Counted from the stretch's first letter, positions 30,057 to 40,547 are shown. The stretch is 64,000 nucleotides of DNA from Candidatus Undinarchaeota archaeon (GCA_964519305.1 CAZFHY010000003.1:34111-98110), one strand, 5' to 3'. Notes: generated by a model from the sequence alone, not told the origin. Numbers and translations are program-made.

Positions 30057-33000
30057 TCATTCCTTCTTCTTGTCGCTGTCTTCGTCGTCGTCCGCTTCTT
30101 CCTTCTCATCGTCCGACACGTCCTCATCCTCTTCTTCTTCTTCTTCTTCTTCCTCTACTTTATCATCATCTTCATCCGACAGGTCCTCTTCCTCTTCGCT
30201 ATCATCTTCCCCCTTCTCCTCTTCGAGGCTCGCTCCACACTTGGGACACTTGTCCCCTTCGCCCACGAGGACCGAGTCGCAGGCCGGGCACCGATGGACG
30301 TCATCTCCATCTTCTTCCTCCTCCTCCTCCTCTTCATCAGGAGCGACGACGAACTCAGCCTTCTCGAGATCATCATTCTCCTTCTTCACGGATAGCATTC
30401 CGAATCCCGTCAGCCAGGAACCCAGGTACGTCATGCTGAACACGATTTCGAAGGAAGGCTTCTCGAATCCCATGGGGAGGATGGTGAGGGCGAGGAGCAG
30501 GGCAATGCCGAGAAGGAACGAGCGCTTCAGGTACTCCAGGTTGTCGGCGAACATCATGAGCAGGTTAAGCGCCAACACACCCATCATGAACTGGGGTGAC
30601 AGCACCAGCTCTGCGATGTCGGGCGGGATGAAGGCCATGGCCTCGATAGCAACGTCATGGACGTCCATACCGCCGTTGAGCATGTAATAACGTTCCGCGA
30701 GCTCGTAGGCCAGCTTCAACAGGAAGAAGATAAAGAACGGGTACCCGAGCCACGAGTTCCGCGCGTGCTTTCCTGTGTCCTGACCTTCAGCGATGTTCGC
30801 AAAGAATACGCAGAGGATGACGGACCAGAGGACCGCCAGAGTGTACAGGGTCCAGTAGAAGTCCACCATTCCCGCAAAGTCCAGGAATGCGCCCACGATG
30901 CTGATCGGGAGCACGAGTAGGAATATGGCGATGGGGATGCCCAGCAGCCCCATGCCGAGGGCCAGCCCTGCAAGTGGGTCGACCTCTTCTTCTTCTTCTT
31001 CTTCTTCTTCTTCCTCTACGTCGTCATCATCTTCATCCTCATCGTCCTCGTCGTCGTTCTCAGCGAGCGCCTTCCCTCCGGCCGACATGCCCATGCCGAT
31101 GAAGAAGATGGGTATCATCAGGTGGGCCACGTACCACAGACGTGGATCGATGGCCGCGAGGTTGTCGAGCAGGAGCTTGCCCTCATGGATCATGTAGAAC
31201 CACCACTTCCCGTCGCTGAGTCGGATCATGTAGATGTAGGGATTGGCAATGAAGAGCAGCAATCCCGCAACGGATATGATCAATCCACCTATCCCGGCGA
31301 TGGCGGCCGCCGTAGCGTCGGAGATAGGCCAGATCCCGATGCGCGCGAGTATGGCCCTCGGGAGTAGGAGTACGCTAACTACAAGGAGCAGTCCGATGAC
31401 GCCCAGCGGGAGGATGCCCATCCAGTACTCGATTAGGTCGGGTAGTAGGTTCTCCTCGCCCGCGGTCCGGGCCCTCACGTCCGGGAACCCGGGCGATGCA
31501 GGGAGCGACCGGTGCTCCGACACGTCGTCGCGATTACCGTAGTAGATGTAGAAATCGCCCTCCTCGTAGTACTCGACAGGGGCTTTCCACGAGAGCTCGT
31601 ATGTGACCTCGCCCACATCGTATAGATGGGCGGGGAACTCCACCACGTCGAATCCGTCCTCGGAGATCCAGACAACACGGAGGACGTGGTCCGCGATCTT
31701 GATGATATGATACTGGCCGATGCCGAAGGCGCCCATGTCCCACTTCTTGATCCGGGCTGAAGCCCATACGATGTCGTTCCCGGATCTATCGATCTCGTCG
31801 TACGGAACGATCGCCCGCGCCCGGTAGGTCCACTGAATCCCGTCGCCGTCCTCCAGGTAGTTCTTCCACTCCCGGATCTCGTCAGTGAATGTCAGTGTCC
31901 GGTTCACAGTAGCGTGGAATGTATGCTTGCGGGGCATGTCGTACTCCTTGTCGAAGAAGCGGTCGGGGAACCGCTCCCTGGAGTCTGTCGTGAACCATGC
32001 GTTGTCCACCCGGCATGGGCCATTCCCCTTGAACTGGAGCGTGAAGCCTCCTACTGCGGTCTCATCGTTCGGACCCATGGAGGGGAGGTGAGCGATGGGC
32101 TCGCCGTCAAGGTAGACGAAGAACCCGCGGTCGAGGGAGGCGACACCCACGCTGTACCATCGTCCCCGCTCAAGGGGTGCTGACATAGTGAACTCGCGTT
32201 TGGTCATCCTCGTTGTGAGGCTCCGTTGGTCACGCATGCTGATCTTGTTGTTCACGATATCGAACTCGATGCTCACCTTCGAGCTGAGGAAGAGGTAGAA
32301 CACGCCCGGCGCTCCCGCCTCACCATCCACGCGGAAGTCGAGCCCGAGAGTTCCCCGCCTGCCAGGTGTGGCCTCGAACCATGTCATGCAGCTCTCTTTG
32401 CTGCAGACCAGCTCCTCGTCCTCCACGAGCCAGTAATCCTTTGGCTTGTAGAGGTTCTCGGGCATCTTGACGAGCCAGGTGTACCCTGTGTACTTCCCCC
32501 TTACGAAGGTGTTCTCATCGGTGAATGAGTTCGTGTACTTGTAGTAGAAGTCGTCCAGGGGTTTGCGCCCCTCTTTTATGGCCTGTAGGTGTTCGCGTTC
32601 GGCCGCGAGGTTACCGGGCCCTGATATCGGGCCTGCCTTCACGGGCACTGCTGCACTCGCTCCCGTGGCCGCGGTGTCGACCTCCGGTTCGGTCCCGTCC
32701 GGCAGGGTGAGGTCGATGGAGCGGAAGTCGGCGAAATCGGCATATGCACGGATTCCGAACCTGCCGCCGGAGACCTCGAGATCAGTGACGGTGAATAGCT
32801 CGGTGTCATCGAGATAGACCGTGTAGATGCCTCCTTCCTTACGGACGCTCAGCTTGTACCAGGTGTTCAGCTCGATGGGCAGTTCCTTCTTTCCAAGCTG
32901 CTTCCAACCGCCTTGGGGGCCGATACGGAGATCGACCATGTCCTCGTCAGCGTTCACCTCGACTTGGTAGAAGTTACCTTCCTTCAGGTAGTGGATGAGA

Positions 33001-33236
33001 AGCCCTGCGCGCTGCTTGCCCTTATCCACGGAGAGGCGCATATCGGCCGAATAGACGAACTCCTCGGGGAGCTCCACTCCTTCGGCAGTTACTCCTACTC
33101 CACCTCGCACGTAACAAGCGAGGTCACCCTCATTCGAGTAACCACAGCTCTTGAAATCCATTTCGGGGGTATAGGACACGACAAGTAACGTGGTAAGAAT
33201 GATCGCGAGCAATATCGTCTTTGGGAAACGTCTCAT
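30057..33236 (-). CDS. Polytopic membrane protein: extracellular concanavalin/LamG-like domains, poly-acidic loops, C-terminal zinc ribbon
   Basis: Signal MRRFPKTILLAIILTTLL (ATG 33236); lectin-like motifs (NTWYKLSV..YLDDTEL..GRFGIRA; GRWYSVGV..YLDGEPI..VDNAWF); FYIYYGN; ~9-10 TMs; D/E tracts; CPAC..CPKC. Confidence 0.75.
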   Translation of the reverse strand: MRRFPKTILLAIILTTLLVVSYTPEMDFKSCGYSNEGDLACYVRGGVGVTAEGVELPEEFVYSADMRLSVDKGKQRAGLLIHYLKEGNFYQVEVNADEDMVDLRIGPQGGWKQLGKKELPIELNTWYKLSVRKEGGIYTVYLDDTELFTVTDLEVSGGRFGIRAYADFADFRSIDLTLPDGTEPEVDTAATGASAAVPVKAGPISGPGNLAAEREHLQAIKEGRKPLDDFYYKYTNSFTDENTFVRGKYTGYTWLVKMPENLYKPKDYWLVEDEELVCSKESCMTWFEATPGRRGTLGLDFRVDGEAGAPGVFYLFLSSKVSIEFDIVNNKISMRDQRSLTTRMTKREFTMSAPLERGRWYSVGVASLDRGFFVYLDGEPIAHLPSMGPNDETAVGGFTLQFKGNGPCRVDNAWFTTDSRERFPDRFFDKEYDMPRKHTFHATVNRTLTFTDEIREWKNYLEDGDGIQWTYRARAIVPYDEIDRSGNDIVWASARIKKWDMGAFGIGQYHIIKIADHVLRVVWISEDGFDVVEFPAHLYDVGEVTYELSWKAPVEYYEEGDFYIYYGNRDDVSEHRSLPASPGFPDVRARTAGEENLLPDLIEYWMGILPLGVIGLLLVVSVLLLPRAILARIGIWPISDATAAAIAGIGGLIISVAGLLLFIANPYIYMIRLSDGKWWFYMIHEGKLLLDNLAAIDPRLWYVAHLMIPIFFIGMGMSAGGKALAENDDEDDEDEDDDDVEEEEEEEEEEEVDPLAGLALGMGLLGIPIAIFLLVLPISIVGAFLDFAGMVDFYWTLYTLAVLWSVILCVFFANIAEGQDTGKHARNSWLGYPFFIFFLLKLAYELAERYYMLNGGMDVHDVAIEAMAFIPPDIAELVLSPQFMMGVLALNLLMMFADNLEYLKRSFLLGIALLLALTILPMGFEKPSFEIVFSMTYLGSWLTGFGMLSVKKENDDLEKAEFVVAPDEEEEEEEEDGDDVHRCPACDSVLVGEGDKCPKCGASLEEEKGEDDSEEEEDLSDEDDDKVEEEEEEEEEDEDVSDDEKEEADDDEDSDKKKE

Positions 33237-33379
33237 AGGGTTCCACCTCTCTCTTAGCTCAAGGATTTGACCGGCTTTCCCGGGCAATTCCGACGGAGTT
33301 CCCGGTCTACCAATAAAAGACTATGCTCAGGGCATACCGGGACGATGCCCGGTCCGTCCGGGCGGGACGATCGCCGATC

Positions 33380-33907
33380 TCAGTAAAGTTCTTCGAGCGT
33401 CTCGGCGTCCAGTTCATCCTCGAGCTCAGGGAGGTTGAGGTCGATCGAGTACCTGTGCTCCTCCATGCGCTTGAGCCGGCTGTCGAACTGGCCCTTCTTG
33501 ACGTGCTCGTCCTTCATGGCCCACGCGACGCCCGCGTCGAAGGGGCCCATGCCAAGGGCGACACCACCGGCAGCGATACCTGCTGTTTGGACATCGCCAG
33601 TGGCCCAGTAGACAAGACCGAAGGTACCTGCGATGAACAGACCCACTCCGGCCTGTATGTAATGCAGGACTTTGGAACCGGACGTAGCGTCCTTATAGCC
33701 CTTCTGGATGAGCGCTTCCTTCTCCTCCATGAGCTCGTCCATTGCGGAGTAGAGCTCGTCCTGCGATACGGCCTCTTCGGTATCTACGGAGAACTTGATG
33801 TACTCTGGCTCTTTCTGGTGATTGTAGCCGAAGAGCGAACTCCATTCTGCGTCCTCGACCTCTAGATGACCCTCGTGATAGGTTGCGTGAAGTTCTACCT
33901 CGTACAT
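33380..33907 (-). CDS. Acidic hypothetical protein with a Gly-rich hydrophobic hairpin
   Basis: ATG 33907 lies ~25 nt after TTTATATA; contains AGVGLFIAGTFGLV..AGIAAGGVALGMG. Confidence 0.65.
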   Translation of the reverse strand: MYEVELHATYHEGHLEVEDAEWSSLFGYNHQKEPEYIKFSVDTEEAVSQDELYSAMDELMEEKEALIQKGYKDATSGSKVLHYIQAGVGLFIAGTFGLVYWATGDVQTAGIAAGGVALGMGPFDAGVAWAMKDEHVKKGQFDSRLKRMEEHRYSIDLNLPELEDELDAETLEELY

Positions 33908-34044
33908 GAAGTATAAAGGCACGTCAGGTGGTATATAAATCCTTGTTTTACGCGGGGGATGGAAATCCATTTAGTCTGCGTAACGCATTCAGTACATGTT
34001 ATTGTACTGATGGTGAGGATGATGACTGGGTCGCTGTATGGACC

Positions 34045-34896
34045 TTACTGTTCCCCGTACTTCGTGACCGCTGCCTCAAGGTCTTCGATCGGGAGAGGAA
34101 GGCTGGCCAGGAGTTCGTCAGGTGACCTGCCGTCCTTGAAAGCGCTGTCAGCGAACCAATAGCCCATACCGTACTCGGCCTTCCTGCTCATGCCCAGGAT
34201 GATGAGGTCAGTTTCTGAAAGGGTGATGCCCTCCCGTGCCTTACCGACGATCATACCGTATACGCCATGGTTCTTCTGGGCCTTCTCGCGGTCCAGCTGG
34301 TGGGCCTTTCCCACGGTCTCGCTGAAGTACTGGAGGTCATTCGTGGACGCCTCACCGGTCCCGACGAGGTACTCGAGCATACCCTCTGACATCCGGTCGG
34401 CCATACCCTCGAGCAGGGCGAAGGTAGGGTAGAGCTGGTAGTCCTGCATGATGCGCCCGTTCTCGTCGAGTCCCTCCCGCGACCCATCATATTGCGCGAC
34501 GACGTCGTTGACGCTCGCTCCACGGTTTCGCTGGTAAGCGTGAACTAGCTCGTGGGCCACCAGGTTGCGGAACCGCGGCGATTGCGGTTCCAAGGACTCC
34601 TTGTCCATTAGGAGAACCGTGTGCGACGCGGGCTCGTACATCCCCTCTGCCCGCGAGAAAACCATGTAGGAGTTCTGGACGACCTCGACACGCTCGTCCT
34701 CGGTGAGGTCGCGTCCGAGGCGCTCACGCTCCTCGGCGAGCATATAGCCTCTCAGAGCGTCACGGTCCACGACATCGACCTTGGGCAGTTCTCCGAACGA
34801 GATACCGTACACGTTCTCATACGCCGAGGTATATGTCTCAACGAGTCCCGTGGCATAGGCACCGATGTCGTCCATCGAAGGGGACGGCCCGAACAT
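34045..34896 (-). CDS. Zinc-dependent metallopeptidase (gluzincin-like HEXXH)
   Basis: LVAHELVHAYQ, a downstream LLEGMAD third ligand, the preceding GMYEP strand and a C-terminal YGMG. Confidence 0.75.
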   Translation of the reverse strand: MFGPSPSMDDIGAYATGLVETYTSAYENVYGISFGELPKVDVVDRDALRGYMLAEERERLGRDLTEDERVEVVQNSYMVFSRAEGMYEPASHTVLLMDKESLEPQSPRFRNLVAHELVHAYQRNRGASVNDVVAQYDGSREGLDENGRIMQDYQLYPTFALLEGMADRMSEGMLEYLVGTGEASTNDLQYFSETVGKAHQLDREKAQKNHGVYGMIVGKAREGITLSETDLIILGMSRKAEYGMGYWFADSAFKDGRSPDELLASLPLPIEDLEAAVTKYGEQ

Positions 34897-34988
34897 CCCT
34901 ATTTAATTGTTCCCTAGGGCTATTGACCATCGTACTCAAAACAACTTTTATAAGGCGCCCCCGCCCCTCGCCTCCACAGGTAAAGCGT

Positions 34989-36728
34989 ATGGAGGCTCCT
35001 TTCGAACGTGACACGTCAGTGTACGATGGTCCTGCGGACCTGGTGTTCTCCAACGCTAACATCGTGGACGTCGTTTCAGGCGATATCCGCCAAGGTGACA
35101 TTGCCGTGTACCAGGGTAAGGTCGTAGGCGTCTACGGCACGTACAAGGGCAACGAAACGGTTGATTGCACCGGTAAGTACGTCGCTCCCGGGTTCATCGA
35201 CGGCCACATCCATATAGAGAGCTCCATGCTGGGCGTGCGAGAGTTCTCGCGGGCGGTGCTACCCCATGGTACTACGGCTGTCGTCACCGACCCACACGAG
35301 ATCGCCAACGTCCTGGGGACGTACGGTGTCGACCTCATGATCAAGGAATCAGGCTATACTCCCCTCAATGTCTATGTCACCGCCCCCTCATGTGTACCGG
35401 CCACCCACCTGGAGACATCAGGTGCGGTCCTGGGCCCCTCGGAGATCGAGACTCTCATGGGCTATGACTCGGTCGTCGGTCTGGGCGAGGTCATGAACTT
35501 CCCGGGCGTCATCGGTCGAGATCCACAGGTCATGGCCAAGTTAGCAGCAGCCCAGCGGGCTGGTAAGGTCATCGATGGTCACGCCCCGATGGTCAGCGGC
35601 GATGACCTGGACGCCTACATAGCTGCCGGTGTCCAGTCGGACCACGAGTGTTCGAACGGCACCGAGGCGCTGGAGAAGCTGGGGAAGGGCATGCATCTCA
35701 TGGTACGGGAGGGTTCGGCCGCACGTGACATGGCCAACATCCTCCCCGACCTCATCGCGGCCGGAGCTGACATGGACCATGTATCCATGGTATCGGACGA
35801 CCGCCACCCCGGTGACCTTCTTGAGAAGGGGCATCTGGACTATACTCTTCGTGAGGCTGTCAGGCTCGGGCTCGATCCGGTCACTGCCATCAAGACCGTG
35901 ACGTACAACACGGCCAAGTACTTCAAGCTCGATGATATCGGTTCAATCGAACCAGGGAAGCGGGCCGACCTTGTCGTGTTCTCTTCGCTCGAGGACTTCA
36001 CTGTGAACGACGTGTACGTCGCGGGAGAGCGGGTCGCACATAATGGTACCTGCACCGCTCAGCTGGGCGATGTCCGGTACCAGGACCGCGAGCTCCGCTC
36101 GGTCCACCTTTCAAAGACGTTCGATGCGAACGACTTCGCCATCCCTTACGCGGGCGATGAAGGTCAGGCCAGGGTCATCGGAGTCACCGATGGTTCTCTG
36201 CTCACCTCGAAGGAAAGCTACTCCGTCACTCCCGAGAACGGTAAGGTCGGAGTGGACACAGCACGTGATCTCCTGAAGATCAGCGTGGTAGAGCGACACC
36301 ATGGTACTAACGATCATACGACTGCCCTCGTCCACGGATTCGGTCTGACCGAGGGTGCTATCGCCTCCACTGTAGCGCACGACTCGCATAACATAGTCGT
36401 TGTGGGTGCCGATGAGCAGGACATGGCCACGGCAGTCAATTATCTTGGCGAGCATGGCGGTGGTCTGGTGGTCGTCCGCGACGGGAAGGTCGTCGACGCC
36501 CTGGACCTTGAGATCGCCGGCCTCATGAGCACTAAGGACGCCCGGTACGTGGCGGATACGCTCGACCGGCTCCATGAGGAGGTGCGTGACCAAGGATGCT
36601 CACTTGAGGCACCCTTCATGACCATGGCGTTCCTCGCACTGCCCGTTATCCCCGAGCTCAAGATCTCGGACCAGGGGCTCATCGAGGATTTCCAGATCGT
36701 GCCCGTGGTCGAGGACGGGCAGGACTGA
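34989..36728 (+). CDS. ade: Adenine deaminase
   Basis: PGFIDGHIHIESSM, TDPHEIANV, PSCVPAT, LGEVMNFPGV, DGHAP, DHEC, REGS, SDDRHP, AIASTVAHDSHN, LALPVIPELKI. Start set to ATG 34989, downstream of TTTTATAA. Confidence 0.96.
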   Translation: MEAPFERDTSVYDGPADLVFSNANIVDVVSGDIRQGDIAVYQGKVVGVYGTYKGNETVDCTGKYVAPGFIDGHIHIESSMLGVREFSRAVLPHGTTAVVTDPHEIANVLGTYGVDLMIKESGYTPLNVYVTAPSCVPATHLETSGAVLGPSEIETLMGYDSVVGLGEVMNFPGVIGRDPQVMAKLAAAQRAGKVIDGHAPMVSGDDLDAYIAAGVQSDHECSNGTEALEKLGKGMHLMVREGSAARDMANILPDLIAAGADMDHVSMVSDDRHPGDLLEKGHLDYTLREAVRLGLDPVTAIKTVTYNTAKYFKLDDIGSIEPGKRADLVVFSSLEDFTVNDVYVAGERVAHNGTCTAQLGDVRYQDRELRSVHLSKTFDANDFAIPYAGDEGQARVIGVTDGSLLTSKESYSVTPENGKVGVDTARDLLKISVVERHHGTNDHTTALVHGFGLTEGAIASTVAHDSHNIVVVGADEQDMATAVNYLGEHGGGLVVVRDGKVVDALDLEIAGLMSTKDARYVADTLDRLHEEVRDQGCSLEAPFMTMAFLALPVIPELKISDQGLIEDFQIVPVVEDGQD

Positions 36729-36771
36729 GCCCGCCCGTCGGTCCTTTCCCCGTCTACCTTCCCTTCTATCC

Positions 36772-37263
36772 CTATCCGTAAACGAACTCGATGTCCAGGT
36801 CAGAAAGATCTTCGTATGCCTGGAGTTTATTATGATTGCGATCCGCGGTGTTGTTGAGGAGATCGTAGCTCTTGATGATAAGTCCACCCATGCCGACACC
36901 GGCAAGGAAAGCCATGCCGCCGGCTGTGGCGCCAATGGTGAGTGCGGTTAGCATCCCGACTCCCAGCTGCTCGCGATATCCTTCCTGCTCGTCCGGCTGC
37001 CAGAGCTCCTTGGTGATGTAGCGCTTGGCTGTGTCCATGTAGCTCTCTCCAGCGAGCTGATCGCTGTAAGACTCGTGCTGCTGCTTGAAGTGCGCACGTA
37101 CCTCCTCTATCACTTCATCCTCGCGCTCGACCACCCAGTTCTCGTAGGGCAGGGCGATCATGAGCTTCTCTCCCGGATTACGGAGGTACTCTCGTTCAAT
37201 GAGGTCGTAAGTATCCTGTGTCGTGACGTCGCCGTAGTCGCCGAGTTCAATTTCTAGCGTCAT
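36772..37263 (-). CDS. Hypothetical protein (tandem paralog A) with Gly-rich hydrophobic hairpin
   Basis: Aligns by eye over its full length with 37276-37764; AGGTGA RBS; ends LSDLDIEFVYG. Confidence 0.75.
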   Translation of the reverse strand: MTLEIELGDYGDVTTQDTYDLIEREYLRNPGEKLMIALPYENWVVEREDEVIEEVRAHFKQQHESYSDQLAGESYMDTAKRYITKELWQPDEQEGYREQLGVGMLTALTIGATAGGMAFLAGVGMGGLIIKSYDLLNNTADRNHNKLQAYEDLSDLDIEFVYG

Positions 37264-37275
37264 TATCTAATCACC

Positions 37276-37764
37276 TCACCCGTACACGAACTCGATGTCG
37301 AGCTCGCTCAGTTCCTTGTACATCTGGAGGTCAGCCTTGTCACGTTCGTTGGCGGCCTTTACCATCTGATAGGTCTTGATCGCCATTCCGGCAGCACCTA
37401 CGGCCGCGGCGGGCCAGAGCCCGATCAGGGCGGTCCCAATTGTGCATACGCCGAAGAGCCCGAATCCCACTTGGTCGTGGTATCCATCCTGAGCGCCGGG
37501 TTTCCACATGTCCTTGGTAAGATATCTAGCAGCTTGATCGTTGAACGATTCCTCGGCAAGGAACTCTTCCATCGAATCGAAGTCCTCCGTATAGGAGTTG
37601 CGTAGAGATTCAATCGCCTCCTTCTCCTCGACTGAATCCCGTGAATCATAAGGGAGTTTGAACCTTATGTCCTTCTCGCCGCTCCTGTAGGCGCCTATGA
37701 TAGAGAGGTACGTATCGACAGTCTGGGCCTCGAAATAATCATCCATTTCAATTTCAAATACCAT
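37276..37764 (-). CDS. Hypothetical protein (tandem paralog B)
   Basis: MVFEIEMDDY matches MTLEIELGDY of paralog A; shared LPY, LAxES, RYxTKxxWxP, GYxxQxGxG; ends LSELDIEFVYG. Start moved to ATG 37764 by alignment. Confidence 0.75.
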   Translation of the reverse strand: MVFEIEMDDYFEAQTVDTYLSIIGAYRSGEKDIRFKLPYDSRDSVEEKEAIESLRNSYTEDFDSMEEFLAEESFNDQAARYLTKDMWKPGAQDGYHDQVGFGLFGVCTIGTALIGLWPAAAVGAAGMAIKTYQMVKAANERDKADLQMYKELSELDIEFVYG

Positions 37765-37885
37765 CGTTCTTCCCTTGTCCTGTCCGGCACTGCCGTGACT
37801 TGGCACGGCACGCCTGTAATGCGCTGGCTTGACATAGCTTATTTATCGCATTGGAACCACTGTGGTGGTGCGTATTCGAGCAGCC

Positions 37886-39115
37886 TCATTCTTGCACTTC
37901 ACAGTCGTCATGCACTTCTGTGGGCTGTGCTTGAGCACGCCCTACGAGCGAGTCGACCACATCTGCTATACCTAGCGAAGGTTCTGTTGCCAGCCCTTCT
38001 TGGATGAAGGGAATCCTAAGGGCTAGAGCAACTGCAAGGAAACAGGCCAATCCTGATAGGATATGGGGGAGAGCGTATCCATGGGCCGCACCGAGGGGAG
38101 CAAACACCAAGATCCCGACGAATTGCCCCATCACCATGATAGTTGTAATGAATGCGGAGTCCCCTCCAAGACGCTCTCGGCTGAACAACGTGGCGATGAC
38201 GACATAAGTGTACACCACGGCCAATGCGTCCCCGACCTCGTGCACGATGCGGAATATGAAGGAGATGGGGAGGTGCTGGTAGGTCATGGCAGCATGACCG
38301 AATCCAGAGAGAGCGAGGCCTCCAAGGAAGATACGAGGATTATTACCATTGCGGTCGATAGCACGGCCGATGTTCCTCGAAGCCACCCCGAGGAGGATGA
38401 TGGGCAAGGCGATGTACACCGCGAGCTCGCTCCTCGAAAGCCTGAGGTCGTTAGCGAGGAACAGACTGTAGGAGGTCACTTCGGCACCCCAGTGAAGGGT
38501 GAAGAGGAAGAGCACCGCACCGAGCATGAGGACCTCCCCGCTGATAAGGTCACTAGAATACTCGTCGAGGGTCGTGTCGACACGCGTGGTGTCGTCAAGC
38601 TTGAGCGCTAAGAACCAGACCACTACGAATCCCAAAGCTGCGAACGCAAAAAGCGGAGGGAAGTCCACTCGTGATAGGGCGAATCCCAATAGGAGGACCC
38701 CAATACCTGCCGGGAAGGCACGTGAGAACCAGTAATCACCGAACGCAGCACCCTTTCTCTCCTCATCATGGGTCTTGAAGATGGAACTGGTGATGGATGT
38801 ATAGGTAAGGTTGCTTCCCACACCCCCGATGAAGAACAGGATGACGAGGGGCCAGAATGCTGTTGTTCCTGAAATTCCGGCATAGAACACCACGGAGAGC
38901 GCGAATCCTGCTAGGATGAACGATCGCGTCGAGATACGGTCGTTCCCTACGCCCGAGATAAACGTGGTGAGGATCGCCGTGACCGTTAGGAGTGAAAGAA
39001 GGATCCCTTGCTGCATCCCCGAGAGACCGATGGCTGTGAGATGGAGCGGGAGAAGGAAGAATATGGGATTATCTATGAAGATCTTGGCGGCTAGGAGCAC
39101 ATAAGGGAGACGCAT
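37886..39115 (-). CDS. MFS transporter
   Basis: About 12 hydrophobic helices; motif A-like GVGNDRISTR; EERKGAAFG and RERLG loops. Confidence 0.88.
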   Translation of the reverse strand: MRLPYVLLAAKIFIDNPIFFLLPLHLTAIGLSGMQQGILLSLLTVTAILTTFISGVGNDRISTRSFILAGFALSVVFYAGISGTTAFWPLVILFFIGGVGSNLTYTSITSSIFKTHDEERKGAAFGDYWFSRAFPAGIGVLLLGFALSRVDFPPLFAFAALGFVVVWFLALKLDDTTRVDTTLDEYSSDLISGEVLMLGAVLFLFTLHWGAEVTSYSLFLANDLRLSRSELAVYIALPIILLGVASRNIGRAIDRNGNNPRIFLGGLALSGFGHAAMTYQHLPISFIFRIVHEVGDALAVVYTYVVIATLFSRERLGGDSAFITTIMVMGQFVGILVFAPLGAAHGYALPHILSGLACFLAVALALRIPFIQEGLATEPSLGIADVVDSLVGRAQAQPTEVHDDCEVQE

Positions 39116-39150
39116 GAGCAGAGCATTCTCTAACGATTGAGCTTATAGAA

Positions 39151-40470
39151 CTATCTTGTGCTGGCCGCAGACTCCTCCGGGAGTAGGTAACGACCGTGCT
39201 GGAGATCGAATTCGCGCCCGTCAACATCGAGGTACGACCGAGTGGCTTGGAAGTCACCCCGAAGCTCCGCCTCGGGTATCTTCTCACCAGGTGCAAGGTC
39301 CTGGAACGTAAGGTCCTCGTCCAGCTCCTTTCCCTCATAGAAGAGCTTGCCATGGTCATAGGTGATCGTGGCCTTTGGTTCAAATGTTGTACAGGTGTAC
39401 TTACCTGAGGTATCCTGGATACCTAGAACGATCGTCAGCTCGCCCTCCTCCGGGAGTTGGCGTTCCCGCTTGTCGTATGACGGATGTAAGCGTGACGTGA
39501 GCTGTTCCTCCACCTTCTCTCGTACGTGCCACGATGGATCGAACTTGTCCCATTCATCGTCCCATCTATAGCTCAAACCAGTAGAGACCTTCTGCTCGAC
39601 TTGGTCGTTCTGGTGCGCTAGAAGTCGGTCCACGGTGACCCTTCCATGGTCCTTCGGTGAATAGGCGTCGTCAACGACATCCTTGGATGGATAATGCTTC
39701 GGGATTATCGCATCAGTGATCACCAGCTTCTGGATACTCCCTATTGGATCGTACCCGCTCGCGCTTGGAAGTGCCTGGAAAGCGGCCTTGGCACAGGCCT
39801 CGGCATAAGCACCGGAGATCAGGAAATTCGTGGCCTTGGACGAGAACACTTTTCGCTCGTCCGGGAGAGGTTCCCCCTCGGAGTACTTAGTGAACACGAC
39901 ACGGTCGATCAAACCCCTGTCAACAAGGTCACGGGACTTAGAACCTGGTGCTGCGAAATGCTCGGCGATCTCGACCAGGACTACATCATACTGGTCCCTG
40001 TCTATCGAAGTTAGGAGGCGCTCCAGATTCGATTCATAGCGTTCCCGAACGGCGCTTTGTTCATCATCCGTTAGTCGGTAGGTGCCCTTCTTACCGATGG
40101 GTTGTTGTTCATCGAACTCCTTGATCTCTTTGAAGCGTTCAGTATCGATATCGATATAGTGCTCAATATCGGGTTTGGAGGTCTGGAACGTGTAGACCGC
40201 AGGGCTCGGATCGTTCATGACCTCGGCATAGTGGGGGTGTACGACGAAGATGACGTTCGGGGCATCGAGGGGATCGGTCCCCGTGCGTTCGTCGGCATAC
40301 TGCTTGCAGGCCCCAAGGAGCGCTTGTTGTTCGGGGGTCTTGTAGAATGCATGGTCCTCGTCCATCTGCGGAGGGTAGCGGCAGAACATTCCTGCATCCT
40401 TCATCGCCTGCTCCCAGTCCTTAACGTGCTGTGGGTACACATCGAACTGCACGCCCTCGAACACGTCCAT
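39151..40470 (-). CDS. Hypothetical acidic protein, possibly with a cysteine-hydrolase (isochorismatase)-like core
   Basis: 439-aa ORF with genome-like codon use and an upstream TTTAAATA box. VIFVVHPHY and LISGAYAEACA weakly recall the fold. Confidence 0.6.
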   Translation of the reverse strand: MDVFEGVQFDVYPQHVKDWEQAMKDAGMFCRYPPQMDEDHAFYKTPEQQALLGACKQYADERTGTDPLDAPNVIFVVHPHYAEVMNDPSPAVYTFQTSKPDIEHYIDIDTERFKEIKEFDEQQPIGKKGTYRLTDDEQSAVRERYESNLERLLTSIDRDQYDVVLVEIAEHFAAPGSKSRDLVDRGLIDRVVFTKYSEGEPLPDERKVFSSKATNFLISGAYAEACAKAAFQALPSASGYDPIGSIQKLVITDAIIPKHYPSKDVVDDAYSPKDHGRVTVDRLLAHQNDQVEQKVSTGLSYRWDDEWDKFDPSWHVREKVEEQLTSRLHPSYDKRERQLPEEGELTIVLGIQDTSGKYTCTTFEPKATITYDHGKLFYEGKELDEDLTFQDLAPGEKIPEAELRGDFQATRSYLDVDGREFDLQHGRYLLPEESAASTR

Positions 40471-40547
40471 GGAACGCGAAAGCGGCCTCAGGGCCTATTT
40501 AAAGATTCCCTTTTTCATCACTACAGGGTGACAACGAGTCTCACGGT

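Noticed and set aside
29983-30687. Poly-Ser ORF and TCT/TCC microsatellite-like runs
   Set aside because: Reverse complement of the Glu/Asp tracts in the minus-strand membrane protein.
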